A stretch of 64,000 nucleotides of DNA from an uncultured Gammaproteobacteria bacterium (lineage in GTDB: Bacteria; Patescibacteriota; Patescibacteriia; Magasanikbacterales; UBA922). The translations under genes were made by a program, and so were the position numbers. Under the pieces are notes generated by a model. It was not told the DNA's origin and ran no database searches. It worked only from the letters and a program-made list of their open reading frames with translations. The DNA lies in assembly GCA_964566225.1 (NCBI GenBank), contig CAZMHV010000004.1:248-64247 (forward strand), given 5' to 3'. How positions within the stretch are numbered: position 1 is the first letter of the stretch; the number at the start of each line of letters is the position of its first letter. Shown here piece after piece: positions 9,363 through 20,244 of the stretch.

Positions 9363-10751
9363 TTAGGCAACTCGTTTACTTTTTGTGAAGAAACTTGAAG
9401 GGTTTGTTGTTTTTTGAGTGGGGGGTGAAGGAAGCTGGTAGTGCTTTTGTTTATGAAGTTCTGTACGTCGACGAAGAAATTCAAGATAGAGTGTTTGAAA
9501 AATTTTGGCTTCTTTGGTATTGGACTTCAAGAGTTTTTGAGCTTGTTTTTCTTGTTGGGGTACAAAAGCTCCGCTATTTTCAATATCAATATGAAATATT
9601 TTTTTCATGTAGTTTCGTAGGGTATAAATATCCATTGATTTTGTTTTTTCAAGAAATGAATCAAGTTCTTCTTGTTGTTGAGCGGCTTGCTCTGCCTTGC
9701 GATCTACCCGGTTGGCAAAGTATTCAGAAATAGAACTCAAAGGCCAAAAAGTTTTTTTGAGAACAGGAAGAGATACGGTTTTTGTTGGAGGCAGATCATC
9801 AAACCAGGCGTCTTCATCTGACGTAGTTTGCTCTCGGGGGGGTGTTTGTTTGGGAGAAACTTCTGGGTGAAGAGCTCTTGGTGGTAAAGGTTTTGAATCT
9901 ACTTGTGAGGGTCCTTGTTGTGATGAACCCTCTTCAGGTTTGGTGATTTTGAGCGCAGGGAGTTCTTGGGTAAGAAATTGTGATGTCCAATCGTCAACGA
10001 GTCCTAAAAATCTATGGGCAATTTCGTCACACTTGGTATAATTTTGTTGCATGAGATATTTTTCTCCTTCTGCAATGAGATTTAAAATTTGTTGTTTTTG
10101 GTGTGGTAAAAATTTGTTTTCAAATTTTTCTTGGAGATCCATTTTTGCGAGTGCAAGTTTTACATTTGATTCAAATTGTTCTTGGTGTATTTGGTGAAAA
10201 TGAAGCTCTTTTGATTTGAGCGAGTTAAGTAATTCTTGAGATTTGGTGAGTGCAAACTCAAATTCTTGGTGTTCAATGTTTTCATACAGAGAAGCAATCT
10301 CCCTTGTAAGACTGGTCATTTGTTCGGGTGAAAGACCTATGGGTTTGTTTTTGAGGAGTTCAATTTCACCAAGAATAAGGGTAATGGATTCAAGTGGTAT
10401 GCGAGGTGTTTCTTGTGTGTCTGTCTTTTTTGGGGAGTCTTGTTTGAGTGCAATAGCTGACTCTAATGTTTCGTAGCGAACGCCGTTCTGTAGCCACTTA
10501 CGGAGCTGTGGATTGTTTGGATTGATTTGTCCTTGTTGAATATATGTATCAATATTATCTTGCATTCCTGATCTCTCGTCGATTGTTTCAAGGTCAATAT
10601 TATTTTCTAGCAAAAGATTCACAAATTCATCGCTGAGTTGTGTATATAAATCTGTACGTAATTGCAAAAGTTCTTGAAGGGGTTTTTGGTTGAACTCTCG
10701 AATTGCATCTTGTACTGTGGGGACTTCACGTCGCCCGGCAGCTTCTGCCAT
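9363..10751 (-). CDS. hypothetical protein, Gln/Glu/Pro-rich, partly low-complexity
   Basis: 462-aa ORF with no recognisable catalytic motifs. Confidence 0.5.
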   Translation of the reverse strand: MAEAAGRREVPTVQDAIREFNQKPLQELLQLRTDLYTQLSDEFVNLLLENNIDLETIDERSGMQDNIDTYIQQGQINPNNPQLRKWLQNGVRYETLESAIALKQDSPKKTDTQETPRIPLESITLILGEIELLKNKPIGLSPEQMTSLTREIASLYENIEHQEFEFALTKSQELLNSLKSKELHFHQIHQEQFESNVKLALAKMDLQEKFENKFLPHQKQQILNLIAEGEKYLMQQNYTKCDEIAHRFLGLVDDWTSQFLTQELPALKITKPEEGSSQQGPSQVDSKPLPPRALHPEVSPKQTPPREQTTSDEDAWFDDLPPTKTVSLPVLKKTFWPLSSISEYFANRVDRKAEQAAQQQEELDSFLEKTKSMDIYTLRNYMKKIFHIDIENSGAFVPQQEKQAQKLLKSNTKEAKIFQTLYLEFLRRRTELHKQKHYQLPSPPTQKTTNPSSFFTKSKRVA

Positions 10752-10762
10752 AGAAGAGAAAA

Positions 10763-12586
10763 TTAGTGAACACGCAGGGTAATACTCGCTTTTCCTGTAT
10801 TTTCAGGATCTTGGAGTGCTTCTTTGACACTGCGAAATGGAATTTTGGTAATTCCGTGGGATTTATAGAGTTTCATGTATTCTTTTGAAACTGCTTGCTT
10901 TAGAAAGTCAGGATTTGTTTTCATTTCTTTTTTGAGTACGGCGTCAGTCAATTTTTGAGCTTCTTTGAGTCCTACTCCAGTTTTTATATCAAGGTTATTG
11001 AAGTTGGCAACTTGACGGACTATCGCATCATAAAAATTTCCAGTTCTGCCTGCATTTGTAATGGTAACGGTTTTTTCTGCTGTTTCTTCTCTTTTGGGAA
11101 CTTTTGGCTCTATTTTTTTGCCAGAAGCACTTTGTTCATATTTATCAAAAATAGTGGTACGAGAAGATGTTTGAGGGAGCATATCGGCAAGTGCATCACT
11201 ATCGTCTTCTGCTTGTTCGCGAACAGCTTCTGTGTTTTTTCGTATTTCTTTTAAGGTGGCCTTTACGTCTTGTGTATTGTTTTCATTTGAAGGAGGTGTG
11301 GTTGTCTCGTCAGCAAGTGATGAGGTTTTACTAATTGGGCGTTCTGTTTGTGTTCGGGGTGTTTCTTCGGTAAGGGATTTTTGATGTGCTCTACTGTCTG
11401 GGTTTTTCCCGGCTCTTTTGAGCACATCTTCGATCACACTTTCATTTGGGTCTCCAAGTAAATTTTTAAGAGCTTCTTTGTTTGGGGCTGTTTTCACTGA
11501 AATAACTTCTCCTTTGGTCATGGCATCAACTTTGCCGTTGACAATTTTGTATATTCTTTGTGGAACACCTTCAAAACTTACCGTGAGAAAATCTTTGCCA
11601 TTGGAATCTCGGAAAGCTTCTACGGTGGTGGCACGGTTGAGTTTGGCAACAGTATTTTTGGAGTTATTTGTGAGGTTTTCAAAGCCTTGTAAGTATTTGG
11701 CAGGTACTGTATCACCAAGTTGAAAATCTACGACTGCTTCAAGGTTAGCTTCTTGAGCATCAAGGCCTTTTTCCCCGTGCATTTCAAAATCTACAAAAGG
11801 TGAATCAACACTACTTGGGGCACTTTCATTGGATAATCTTTGTGCCATTTCATCAATATTTGATTGCATCTGGTCATGAGCTTGGGACTCTTGTGAATGT
11901 GCAAAAGCACCTGCAACAGCTCCTCCCACCAAAGCTCCTGCTACCATGGCAGTACGGGGCATGCGATCTTTGCTTCGAGGTTTGGGTTGATGGTGAAAGA
12001 GGTTGACTGCTGCCTCATAACGAGATTTGAAGTCAGGATTTGTCTTCAACAGCATTTCAAAACGTTTTTTGTTTTTGTCAAACAATCCAAAGACTCCTCC
12101 GCGAGGAAGGGTTCCATCGGGGTTTATTTTTACGTTAAATTCAATAGCCAGAGTTGTACAGTTATCAGGTTCCAAATAAATTTCTTGAGACAGATCTGCC
12201 CATTGGTCTATGGGGAGGCTTCTATGAAATTCGTTTATTTCTGAAGCTCGAAGAGCTTGTTGTCGAGCTGTTGCTATTGCTTCTTGGTCGAAAAAGTTTT
12301 CGATTGATTCAAGAGGTTCGTCGTCTTCAATAGTTCTGGTTCGTCTCTCTTGTAATCTTGCCTCCTTAGGAATCGGTGGAGTATCGTTGAGTTCTGTATA
12401 TTCGTCACCTGTTCGTACACTCAAAAATGGAGGGATTTCGCCACTGTCTTCAGGGAGTGGACTCTGATTATGGTGGAGAGGGCTTATATCTCTGGCAAAA
12501 TTATGTGGTGATGGCATTCGTATAGCACGAAACTCATCGGTGGATCCATCTCTCATAAAAAAAATTAAGATATATGATAAAGGCAT
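10763..12586 (-). CDS. hypothetical protein
   Basis: 607-aa ORF, adjacent and co-directional with 9363..10751. Has a hydrophobic patch AMVAGALVGGAVAGAFA mid-protein. Confidence 0.5.
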   Translation of the reverse strand: MPLSYILIFFMRDGSTDEFRAIRMPSPHNFARDISPLHHNQSPLPEDSGEIPPFLSVRTGDEYTELNDTPPIPKEARLQERRTRTIEDDEPLESIENFFDQEAIATARQQALRASEINEFHRSLPIDQWADLSQEIYLEPDNCTTLAIEFNVKINPDGTLPRGGVFGLFDKNKKRFEMLLKTNPDFKSRYEAAVNLFHHQPKPRSKDRMPRTAMVAGALVGGAVAGAFAHSQESQAHDQMQSNIDEMAQRLSNESAPSSVDSPFVDFEMHGEKGLDAQEANLEAVVDFQLGDTVPAKYLQGFENLTNNSKNTVAKLNRATTVEAFRDSNGKDFLTVSFEGVPQRIYKIVNGKVDAMTKGEVISVKTAPNKEALKNLLGDPNESVIEDVLKRAGKNPDSRAHQKSLTEETPRTQTERPISKTSSLADETTTPPSNENNTQDVKATLKEIRKNTEAVREQAEDDSDALADMLPQTSSRTTIFDKYEQSASGKKIEPKVPKREETAEKTVTITNAGRTGNFYDAIVRQVANFNNLDIKTGVGLKEAQKLTDAVLKKEMKTNPDFLKQAVSKEYMKLYKSHGITKIPFRSVKEALQDPENTGKASITLRVH

Positions 12587-12665
12587 TATACCATGTTTTG
12601 GGAGTGTCTACAAAAAATTTGTGACTTGATTTTTTTGGTTTTTTTGAGTAGACTACGCTCTCACT

Positions 12666-14012
12666 ATGGAAACAAAAACATTTACCTATCACATTATTAC
12701 TTTTGGCTGTCAAATGAATAAAAATGACTCAGAAAGAATAGAGTCTGTGTTTGGTGCACTCAAAATGGTACCAGCTCGCGGTGAAGAAGATGCTGACGTG
12801 ATTTTGATGAATAGTTGTTCGGTGCGTCAGAGTGCAGAGGACCGAATTTTTGGTTTTAGCCGCAGATTTGCTGAAATGAAAAAAAATCGGCCTGGGCTAA
12901 TTGTAGCGGTAACGGGTTGTATGCCTGGGCGAGATAAGGATGGAAAATTTCGTGAAAAGTTGGAGGGGATTGATTTGTATTTTCCGACCAAAGACATGAT
13001 GCAGCTGCCCAAGTGGCTTTCTGAGTTAAACCCAGCTATTTCTCCAATGGAAAATTTGGATGAGCATTATTTTTCACTTCGACCCACTTTGCAAAAGAAG
13101 TATCAGGCCTTTGTTACTGTGCAGACCGGGTGTAATCACTTTTGTACGTATTGTGTGGTGCCGTTTTCACGTGGACTTGAAGTAAATCGATCTCTGCGTC
13201 AGATTTTGGACGAAGTAAAAAGTCTGGCAGAGGATGGTTGTGTTGAGATAACTTTGCTCGGACAAATTGTGAATCATTATGTGGCACCTGATCCGGAACA
13301 TTTTTCTCTTGAGAATCCCTATACCAAAAGTGATTTTGCCAAGCTTTTGTGGGAGTTGAACCAAGTGCCAGGCATTGACCGCATTCACTGGACTGCGCCG
13401 CACCCTATTTATATGACCGAAGAGGTGATTGATGCACTTACGTTGCCCAAGCAAGTGAATTTTTTGCATTTGCCTGTGCAGTCTGGAAATGACGAAGTAC
13501 TGCGACGTATGAATCGACGTCACAAACGGGATTTTTATATAGATTTGGTGAAACGAATTCGTGAAAAAAAACCTGATATTGCTTTGGCAACAGATATTAT
13601 TGTTGGGTTTTGTGGAGAAACCGAGGAGCAGTTTGAAGATACGGTTGATTTGTACAAGCAGTGTGACTTTGATATCTCTTACACTGCACAGTACTCTACT
13701 CGCTCTGGAACGCTTGCTGTAAAGGCATTTACCGATGATGTAAGTAAAGAAGAAAAAAAACGCCGTTGGTGGGTATTGCAGAGTCTGATGGAAGAAATTA
13801 CTGTACGAAAAAATCAGCAGTATGTGGGGCAAAATGTGTCTGTACTTATAGAGAAGTCAGATGGTGTATGGTGTGAGGGGAACTCACGTGAAATGAAGCG
13901 GGTTCGTGTGAAGGGGAATGAAAGTTTGGTAGGAAAGATAGTCGAGGCCGAGGTATACAAGGCAGACTTGTGGATGCTGTTTGGACGTAGGGGTGTTGAG
14001 GATAGTCAATAA
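12666..14012 (+). CDS. miaB: MiaB-family radical-SAM methylthiotransferase
   Basis: MTTase N-domain Cys (FGCQMN, NSCSVRQ), radical-SAM CNHFCTYCVVP (CxxxCxxC) and TRAM-like C-terminus. miaA is 4.5 kb away. Confidence 0.8.
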   Translation: METKTFTYHIITFGCQMNKNDSERIESVFGALKMVPARGEEDADVILMNSCSVRQSAEDRIFGFSRRFAEMKKNRPGLIVAVTGCMPGRDKDGKFREKLEGIDLYFPTKDMMQLPKWLSELNPAISPMENLDEHYFSLRPTLQKKYQAFVTVQTGCNHFCTYCVVPFSRGLEVNRSLRQILDEVKSLAEDGCVEITLLGQIVNHYVAPDPEHFSLENPYTKSDFAKLLWELNQVPGIDRIHWTAPHPIYMTEEVIDALTLPKQVNFLHLPVQSGNDEVLRRMNRRHKRDFYIDLVKRIREKKPDIALATDIIVGFCGETEEQFEDTVDLYKQCDFDISYTAQYSTRSGTLAVKAFTDDVSKEEKKRRWWVLQSLMEEITVRKNQQYVGQNVSVLIEKSDGVWCEGNSREMKRVRVKGNESLVGKIVEAEVYKADLWMLFGRRGVEDSQ

Positions 14013-14013
14013 A

Positions 14014-14046
14014 AAAACCGTGAGCAAGGGCTTACGGTTTTTTTAT
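14014..14046. terminator. bidirectional intrinsic terminator
   Basis: ACCGTGAGC-AAGGG-GCTTACGGT with A7 upstream and T8 downstream. Overlaps the stop codon of the convergent giant gene. Confidence 0.6.
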
Positions 14047-17000
14047 GGTACTCACGTTTTGGAGAAGTTTTTCAAGAGCCATCCATGTCTGAACTGTGGC
14101 GTTGCTTCGGACCTGTCGGTTTTTTGTTCGTTCTCGGTTTTCTCCTAAAAGAGATGTTATTTTTTCAAAAATTCCAGGAGGTTTTTCGGCCATGGCCGCA
14201 TGAATATCTCGGATAGAAATATTTTGGGCTTCAAGATCTTGTGCTACTTGCACACGCTCATTTTGAACGGCTGCTTCCAGTGTGAGGTGAGGATCCTCAA
14301 ACAGTGCTTGCATAATGTGTGGAGGTATTTGAGCATATTCTGTTTCACTGAGTACTTTGAGAAGTTGTGTACGAAATTCTTTTTGAAAAACCTGGACATC
14401 TTTGAGTGGACGACGTTGGTTGGTTCTTTCAAGTGCGTCAATCATGAATGCGTGTTGTGAAGAAAAAAAGACTTCGTCAATTTTTCGAATAGCACTCATA
14501 AAATTTCGAGAAACTGGATGGTTTGGTTCTTGGGCATCAAAAATTTCTTGTTGAAAAAGATGTTCGTTTGGATCTCCTTTTTTGAGGTGACTTCGTATAT
14601 CATCAAGAATTTTAATAAGGGCTGCTTGCTCTTTGCCGGTTATATGTACAATGATGTTCAAGAAGTACTCTCGGAGAGGCTCAAATTTATCTTCAAAAGC
14701 AGAAAGTACTTGAGGTTGAACGATTTTTCTTTCGATTTGTATTGGAAGATGGTCAACTTTCTCACGGACTGGAATTTTTGCTTGTAATCTTTTTTCACCT
14801 TGAGTGTATAAATAATCCACTTGTTGTCGAAATGTATTGAAGTATTCTGTCTGATTGGTGGTATCTGTGTGGTCTGCCAAAAAGTCCGCAAGAGTAGCAA
14901 GAAGGTCTCCAATAGAAGTGGTTCGTCGCATATGGGCACTTAAGGCTGAGAGCGCTCTTCTTTCTGCTGTTGTCAGATGTTCGCTTGAGTGGAGTGATGC
15001 TGCAATTGTTTCTTGGCTTATGTCGTTGATACGAGCCCTCAGTTGTTTTACTTCTGGTGAAGTTTCTCTTGAAATAGTTTCAACTGGTTCTGGTTCAACT
15101 GGTTTTATTTGGGGAGTCTTATCAATCTGTTTTCGATCAAAAAGTTCTACCATACCCAAAACAGCAGCCTGTAGATGTGAAAAATGGGTACTCGTAATGG
15201 GTTCGTGAAAGTTTCGAAAAATATTTCCAATATGAACCAATGTTTGTTCTTCATCTGCGGCGGTGTCGTTTTCGAGAAGTCGGAGCGTTTGTTCAATAAG
15301 TGTTGTTTCTGCATCGGTAAAGTTTGTCGTATGAAGTTCGTTTCGTACACGTCGAAATTCTCTTTCGAGTAAGGTATGGAGTTCTCGTCGTGGACCAATG
15401 TGAGCGTCTCGGTGAGGATAGTAGTCAGTTTCTGGAAGCACTGGTGAAAGTGGTGTAGTAACTCTGTCTGATCCGTAGTGAAATTCTTGGGTATGTGTTA
15501 TCGATGAAATAGGGTCTGAAACAGCTTCTGTCTCGGGTGTAAATTTTTGGTAAATATCTTCTAAAAATTCAAGAAATTCTGTTGAAAAATGTTCTCTTCC
15601 AGAATTATTTACATACATTTTAATGGTTTCGTAATAATCAAGCATCGCCTCTGCTTGTTTTTGGGGATCTGATGCAAAGTCTTGTTCTGTGAGAGCAAAG
15701 TTTGTTTGGATCTCTGCTTCTACACTTTCAAATGTATTTTCTGATGGAGTGGGTGTCTCTTGTTCTGTTAGTGATATTTGAATCGGAGAACCAGAAATTT
15801 CGGGCATTTTGTCTGTATCTGGTGTACCAACTTCTGTCGGTGAATCCAAAAGATCCGGAAACTCTCCATAGAGGGTAAGTTCTGGGTTTTCTTCAAAAGG
15901 TGAAAGATCTGGGTAAAGTTCTCGTAGTCGTACGATCTCACCCGTAGCTCGATCGGGGTCTGCATTTTTTGCTTTGGGAGTGAGTGCAATACCGTGTTCG
16001 TCTGTTGGATGAAAACTTGAATCTACATAGTGATCTTCAGTATAGAGCGGGATCAGTTCTACATCTTCTTGTCCTTTGCGACTGCCATGTTGTATTTCGA
16101 TATTTTTTTTATGATAGGTTCTCCCAAAAATAGGTTTTCCATTTTGGAAAGATCCTTTAAAAACAAGATTTTTTCTATCAATACGTGCTACGCAATTTTC
16201 TCCATGAGGGAGATAATTTTCATCAACAGGTCCTTCAACAACAACAATGTCTCCATGCTCGTTGAGGTATTCTACGGATGCATCAGATCCTATTTCACCG
16301 TGCAAAAATTCAGCATCTACGGTATAGTGAGATGTTCCACGAACTACGAGTTCTCTATCTTTGATAAATGCTTTTGTGAGAGTCACTGTGGCTCTATCTT
16401 TTACATAGCAGAGAACTTCTTTCTGACCTTCCTCTGTTTGTTTTTTAATATATTCAAGTTTTCCATGATTGTGATATCTTCCATCTTCGTCAACTCTACC
16501 AAAGTATACACCTTTGGTTCCATTTGGTGTTTCAAATGAAATTTTTATTTTGCCGAGATCTTGACTGGCCTTGGTTTCCTGTATCGTTTTTAGCTTAGCC
16601 TCTTCTACCGCGTCAAAATCATCCCAGCCTTCGTTGAAACGTCCAAATTCGTCTGTTGAAAGTCGTTCCAATACTGCGGGGTCCTGAAGATTAAAATTCT
16701 GTAGATTTACTCTTTGGCGAGGTGTAGGTTTAGGATCTGTTGGTTTATCAAAATTTAAATTTTCAGTAGCCTGAAGAAATCCTTGGAGAGAATCATCACT
16801 CATAGGGTTTTCTTCGGAAGAATCTGCTGGAGTGGGGGCGGCGGCAGTAGGTTCTTCTGGAGTTGGTTCGGTGATGACGGTTTCGTGTGGTGCGGCGAGA
16901 GGACTCTCTGGTTGAATTTCTGTGTTAGGCAGACTTTCTAAAGGGAGTGGTGTTACTGCTTGTCTAAGCGGCTCGCGAACGACGGGTTCAGCCAAAGTTT

Positions 17001-18465
17001 CTGGTGGGACGGGAGTATTTACTCGTTCAAGTGTTTCGTGAGCAATGGGTTCTACTGGAGCAACATCTTCAATTTGACCAACACGTGACCAATGAGGTCG
17101 TTCAAATGCTGTGACAGGAATTTCAGATAAAACTTTTGGCTCCTGTACGGGCTGAAGATTTTTTTGTAATCCATCAAGGAATGTTTTGAAGGCAAAAGAA
17201 CTCGTAGATTCTTCTTGAAAACGAGTAAGGTAGTAGAGAATTTGTTTTTCTTCTCTTTCAAAATTTTTGAAAGAGATAGCTTTGAAAATATTTTCAAGTA
17301 TAACAAATCTTCTTTTTTCAATAGGAGAAAAATTGGATGGGTCGGTCTCCTTTACATAGGTTTGAATCTTATTTTTCAATTCGTTAAAAGAAGCTTGTTG
17401 GTTGTGCTCTTTTTCGAGTAAATATTGAAATAAATTTTGTATATCAGTCAACAGTGTATTTTTTACTCGGTCAAAGTCTTTTCTTGTCACTGTGGAGCGT
17501 ATAATTTTTTGAGCTTCTGAAAGTACAAAAAAGGGAGACTGTGAAGTCGGTGTACGCAAAAGTTTAAGGAGTTCTAGGAGCATCTTTTTTTCTTCGAGTT
17601 GAAGCTCTGGATTTTTGCGAGGAAAAAAATCTACGTAATTCTGTTCAAAATTTTTGAGCAAGTCAATGAGATCTTGAATTGATATCAGATCATGCACCAT
17701 TGGTTCGGGTGCGGTTTCTTCAAGTGGTGCAACCGGGAGGTTGTCCGGTACTTGTCCAAGGGGTTCTTTGGAAAGATCTCTCTCTAGGCGCGTCTGTTCA
17801 GGGGAAACAGTCGCTGGTGCTGCAATATTTTGGTTAACATTTTCAAGAAAATTTTGATAGGCTGCTGTCTTCGTATCTGTCTCTCGGAGAAGAGTGTTTA
17901 CATGATTGACAAATTCATTTTTTTTGTTATTTTGGTCTTTTTTGGTCCATGGACTACTCAAAAGAGCATACAGCAGTTTAAATTTTCTTTTTTCGGTGAG
18001 AGTAAAGTGAGAAGTATCAACATTTTCAAAGAGTCGAATGATCCTTGGCTTAAAAAATTTATCTTCTATCACCGTGGGTATTTCAGGAGTCTTTGTGGGT
18101 GTTATTTGGGAGGTTTCATCACTACTTGACTCGGGTTGGTCAAAGTTAAAAAATGGATTTTTGAGACGGAGTATAAGCTCATCGTGTATAGGGTCCCATT
18201 GTATTTTTTGTGCAAGAGCAAGTGCTTCGGTAAGCGTATGGGTAGCTGTTTTTGTGTTGGCAGCACGCAAAAGTTCATTTATTTTGAAAAGTGTTTTTTT
18301 GTCTGCATCAGAAAGACCTTCTTCTGGCATGAGGTGATTTCTTTCAAAGTGGAGTGACGCCAAAAAATTGACAATACGGGCTATTGGCTTCGGAACTTCT
18401 TTTTTTGCTTCAGGTATTTGGATATCTCTGTCTTGTGAGCGACTATCCAATTTTTTCGCAAACAT
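14032..18465 (-). CDS. giant protein (1477 aa) of unknown function, with MORN-like repeats in its central part
   Basis: Uninterrupted 4.4-kb ORF. Repeats such as GTKGVYFGRVDEDGRYHNHGKLEY and GKPIFGRTYHKKNIEIQHGSRKGQ. Acidic/Pro-rich linker regions. Confidence 0.65.
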   Translation of the reverse strand: MFAKKLDSRSQDRDIQIPEAKKEVPKPIARIVNFLASLHFERNHLMPEEGLSDADKKTLFKINELLRAANTKTATHTLTEALALAQKIQWDPIHDELILRLKNPFFNFDQPESSSDETSQITPTKTPEIPTVIEDKFFKPRIIRLFENVDTSHFTLTEKRKFKLLYALLSSPWTKKDQNNKKNEFVNHVNTLLRETDTKTAAYQNFLENVNQNIAAPATVSPEQTRLERDLSKEPLGQVPDNLPVAPLEETAPEPMVHDLISIQDLIDLLKNFEQNYVDFFPRKNPELQLEEKKMLLELLKLLRTPTSQSPFFVLSEAQKIIRSTVTRKDFDRVKNTLLTDIQNLFQYLLEKEHNQQASFNELKNKIQTYVKETDPSNFSPIEKRRFVILENIFKAISFKNFEREEKQILYYLTRFQEESTSSFAFKTFLDGLQKNLQPVQEPKVLSEIPVTAFERPHWSRVGQIEDVAPVEPIAHETLERVNTPVPPETLAEPVVREPLRQAVTPLPLESLPNTEIQPESPLAAPHETVITEPTPEEPTAAAPTPADSSEENPMSDDSLQGFLQATENLNFDKPTDPKPTPRQRVNLQNFNLQDPAVLERLSTDEFGRFNEGWDDFDAVEEAKLKTIQETKASQDLGKIKISFETPNGTKGVYFGRVDEDGRYHNHGKLEYIKKQTEEGQKEVLCYVKDRATVTLTKAFIKDRELVVRGTSHYTVDAEFLHGEIGSDASVEYLNEHGDIVVVEGPVDENYLPHGENCVARIDRKNLVFKGSFQNGKPIFGRTYHKKNIEIQHGSRKGQEDVELIPLYTEDHYVDSSFHPTDEHGIALTPKAKNADPDRATGEIVRLRELYPDLSPFEENPELTLYGEFPDLLDSPTEVGTPDTDKMPEISGSPIQISLTEQETPTPSENTFESVEAEIQTNFALTEQDFASDPQKQAEAMLDYYETIKMYVNNSGREHFSTEFLEFLEDIYQKFTPETEAVSDPISSITHTQEFHYGSDRVTTPLSPVLPETDYYPHRDAHIGPRRELHTLLEREFRRVRNELHTTNFTDAETTLIEQTLRLLENDTAADEEQTLVHIGNIFRNFHEPITSTHFSHLQAAVLGMVELFDRKQIDKTPQIKPVEPEPVETISRETSPEVKQLRARINDISQETIAASLHSSEHLTTAERRALSALSAHMRRTTSIGDLLATLADFLADHTDTTNQTEYFNTFRQQVDYLYTQGEKRLQAKIPVREKVDHLPIQIERKIVQPQVLSAFEDKFEPLREYFLNIIVHITGKEQAALIKILDDIRSHLKKGDPNEHLFQQEIFDAQEPNHPVSRNFMSAIRKIDEVFFSSQHAFMIDALERTNQRRPLKDVQVFQKEFRTQLLKVLSETEYAQIPPHIMQALFEDPHLTLEAAVQNERVQVAQDLEAQNISIRDIHAAMAEKPPGIFEKITSLLGENRERTKNRQVRSNATVQTWMALEKLLQNVSTIKKP

Positions 18466-18564
18466 AGGGAATTATTTTGGTTGTAGTATATCATAAATAA
18501 TTATTTGGTAAAAGTATTTTTTTACTTGCTTTTTTGTGGGAGGGGAGTATGATATACTTCCATT

Positions 18565-19509
18565 ATGAATATTTCTCTGCCAAAAGTAATTGTACTCCTT
18601 GGACCAACTGCTTCAGGAAAAACTGACTGGGGTTTACGATTGGCAAAAAAATTTGGGGGTGAAATTATTGCTTCGGACTCTCGTCAAATTTATACAAAAA
18701 TGGATATTGGAACAGCCAAACCCAAGGGCGAGTGGCGATGGCATGCCAGTTGGAAAGGAATTCGAAAAACTTTTTATGTTGACGGTATTCCACATCACTT
18801 GGTAGATATTATCAATCCTGGAAAACGGTTTACTGCTGCTGAATTTAGAGATACTGCTGTAAAATATATCAAAATGACTCAGTTGAATGAGCATGTGCCA
18901 TTTGTGGTTGGGGGAACTGGTTTGTACAGTAGTGCGCTTATTGATAACTTTACGATTCCTCGCGTTCCTCCAAATACCAAACTTCGTGAGAGTTTGGAGA
19001 GTAAAAAAAATGAAGAACTTTTTTCATTGCTTTCTATTTTGGATCCAGAAGGAGCCAAAACTATTGATGCCCAAAACAAAAGACGACTTATTCGTGCCCT
19101 AGAAGTGTGTATTTTTACGGGAAAACCGTTTTCTTCTCAGAAAAAAAGAGGGGAACCTATGTTTCAATTTTTACAACTTGGTATTGATGTCCCACGTGAA
19201 GAACTCTATGCACGTATTGATGCACGTATTGATGTAATGGTTGAAACTGGCTTGGTTCATGAGGTGGAGGAGTTAGTGAAACGAAAGTATTCTTGGGATT
19301 TACCAAGTATGAGTGGTATTGGGTATCGGCAATTTCGTCCCTACGTAGAAGGGAAAGCTTCCCTTGCTGAATGTGTAGAAAATTTAAAACGAGATACCAG
19401 ACATTTTGCCAGAAGACAAATGACTTGGTTTCGCAGAGAAAAAAATATTGTGTGGTGTAAAAAGTATGAAGAAGCCGAAGAGTTGGTGGCTAATTTTTTA
19501 AAACAATAA
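18565..19509 (+). CDS. miaA: tRNA dimethylallyltransferase
   Basis: N-terminal P-loop GPTASGKT followed by IISADSRQIYTKMDIGTAKP, diagnostic of MiaA/IPPT. Confidence 0.85.
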   Translation: MNISLPKVIVLLGPTASGKTDWGLRLAKKFGGEIIASDSRQIYTKMDIGTAKPKGEWRWHASWKGIRKTFYVDGIPHHLVDIINPGKRFTAAEFRDTAVKYIKMTQLNEHVPFVVGGTGLYSSALIDNFTIPRVPPNTKLRESLESKKNEELFSLLSILDPEGAKTIDAQNKRRLIRALEVCIFTGKPFSSQKKRGEPMFQFLQLGIDVPREELYARIDARIDVMVETGLVHEVEELVKRKYSWDLPSMSGIGYRQFRPYVEGKASLAECVENLKRDTRHFARRQMTWFRREKNIVWCKKYEEAEELVANFLKQ

Positions 19510-19514
19510 ATTTT

Positions 19515-20210
19515 TTGTATATGGCCTCACCAAATTTACCTTTTAAATCATTTGGTTCCGCAAGTACTCCTTTACGACCAAGTATCAGTGCTGCCAGTGC
19601 TCGTGCACAAAATTTTAATGTTTCTAAACTCAATCAACAAACAGAGCGGGATGCATCGGCCGTTTCTATGAGTCAGGTGCTTGGGCGAAAAGCAGGACAA
19701 GAGAATTCTCGTTCCACTTCTGTGGCGCATATCGGACAGACTCTGTCTGCGGCTTCTACTTCGATTACTCATCCTGGTTCTGCCGTATCTATGAATGGTG
19801 GTGAGGGTCAAGATGCAGGGGCAGACAACCGCAGGTATGCGTATATGCGTAAACAAATCATGGCTCGTAAGGCAGAAGAAGCTGCTGCACTCAAAAAAGC
19901 AGCGATGGCCAAGAGTGGCTTGAATGTGGGTACAGGAGCCGCTCTACGAACAACGGGAACAGGGAGCGTGCACAAGGAACTCGGAAAAGAATTTCGAGGA
20001 CATCGTTCTACATATGGCACATTGAGTTCGAGTGAAAAAAAATTGGTCGAAGATACTATTGCGCAGCGGCTCAAATCAAAAACAACCGGGTCTGCGGTGA
20101 ATAGATATGACAAACTTGCTATGAAAAAGAAAATTAGTGATGCAAATCATGGTGGAGATGTAAGCTTTGGACATGCAAAAATTTTGAAAAAGATTGTTGA
20201 TAAACTTTAA
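19515..20210 (+). CDS. hypothetical Ser/Ala/Thr-rich, probably disordered protein
   Basis: 231-aa ORF, co-directional with miaA and separated from it by only 5 nt. Confidence 0.4.
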   Translation: MYMASPNLPFKSFGSASTPLRPSISAASARAQNFNVSKLNQQTERDASAVSMSQVLGRKAGQENSRSTSVAHIGQTLSAASTSITHPGSAVSMNGGEGQDAGADNRRYAYMRKQIMARKAEEAAALKKAAMAKSGLNVGTGAALRTTGTGSVHKELGKEFRGHRSTYGTLSSSEKKLVEDTIAQRLKSKTTGSAVNRYDKLAMKKKISDANHGGDVSFGHAKILKKIVDKL

Positions 20211-20216
20211 AAAATA

Positions 20217-20244
20217 AAACACCGGCTTTGAACCGGTGTTTTGT
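20217..20244. terminator. bidirectional intrinsic terminator
   Basis: AAACACCGG-CTTTGAA-CCGGTGTTT between convergent genes. Overlaps the pyrF stop codon. Confidence 0.6.
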
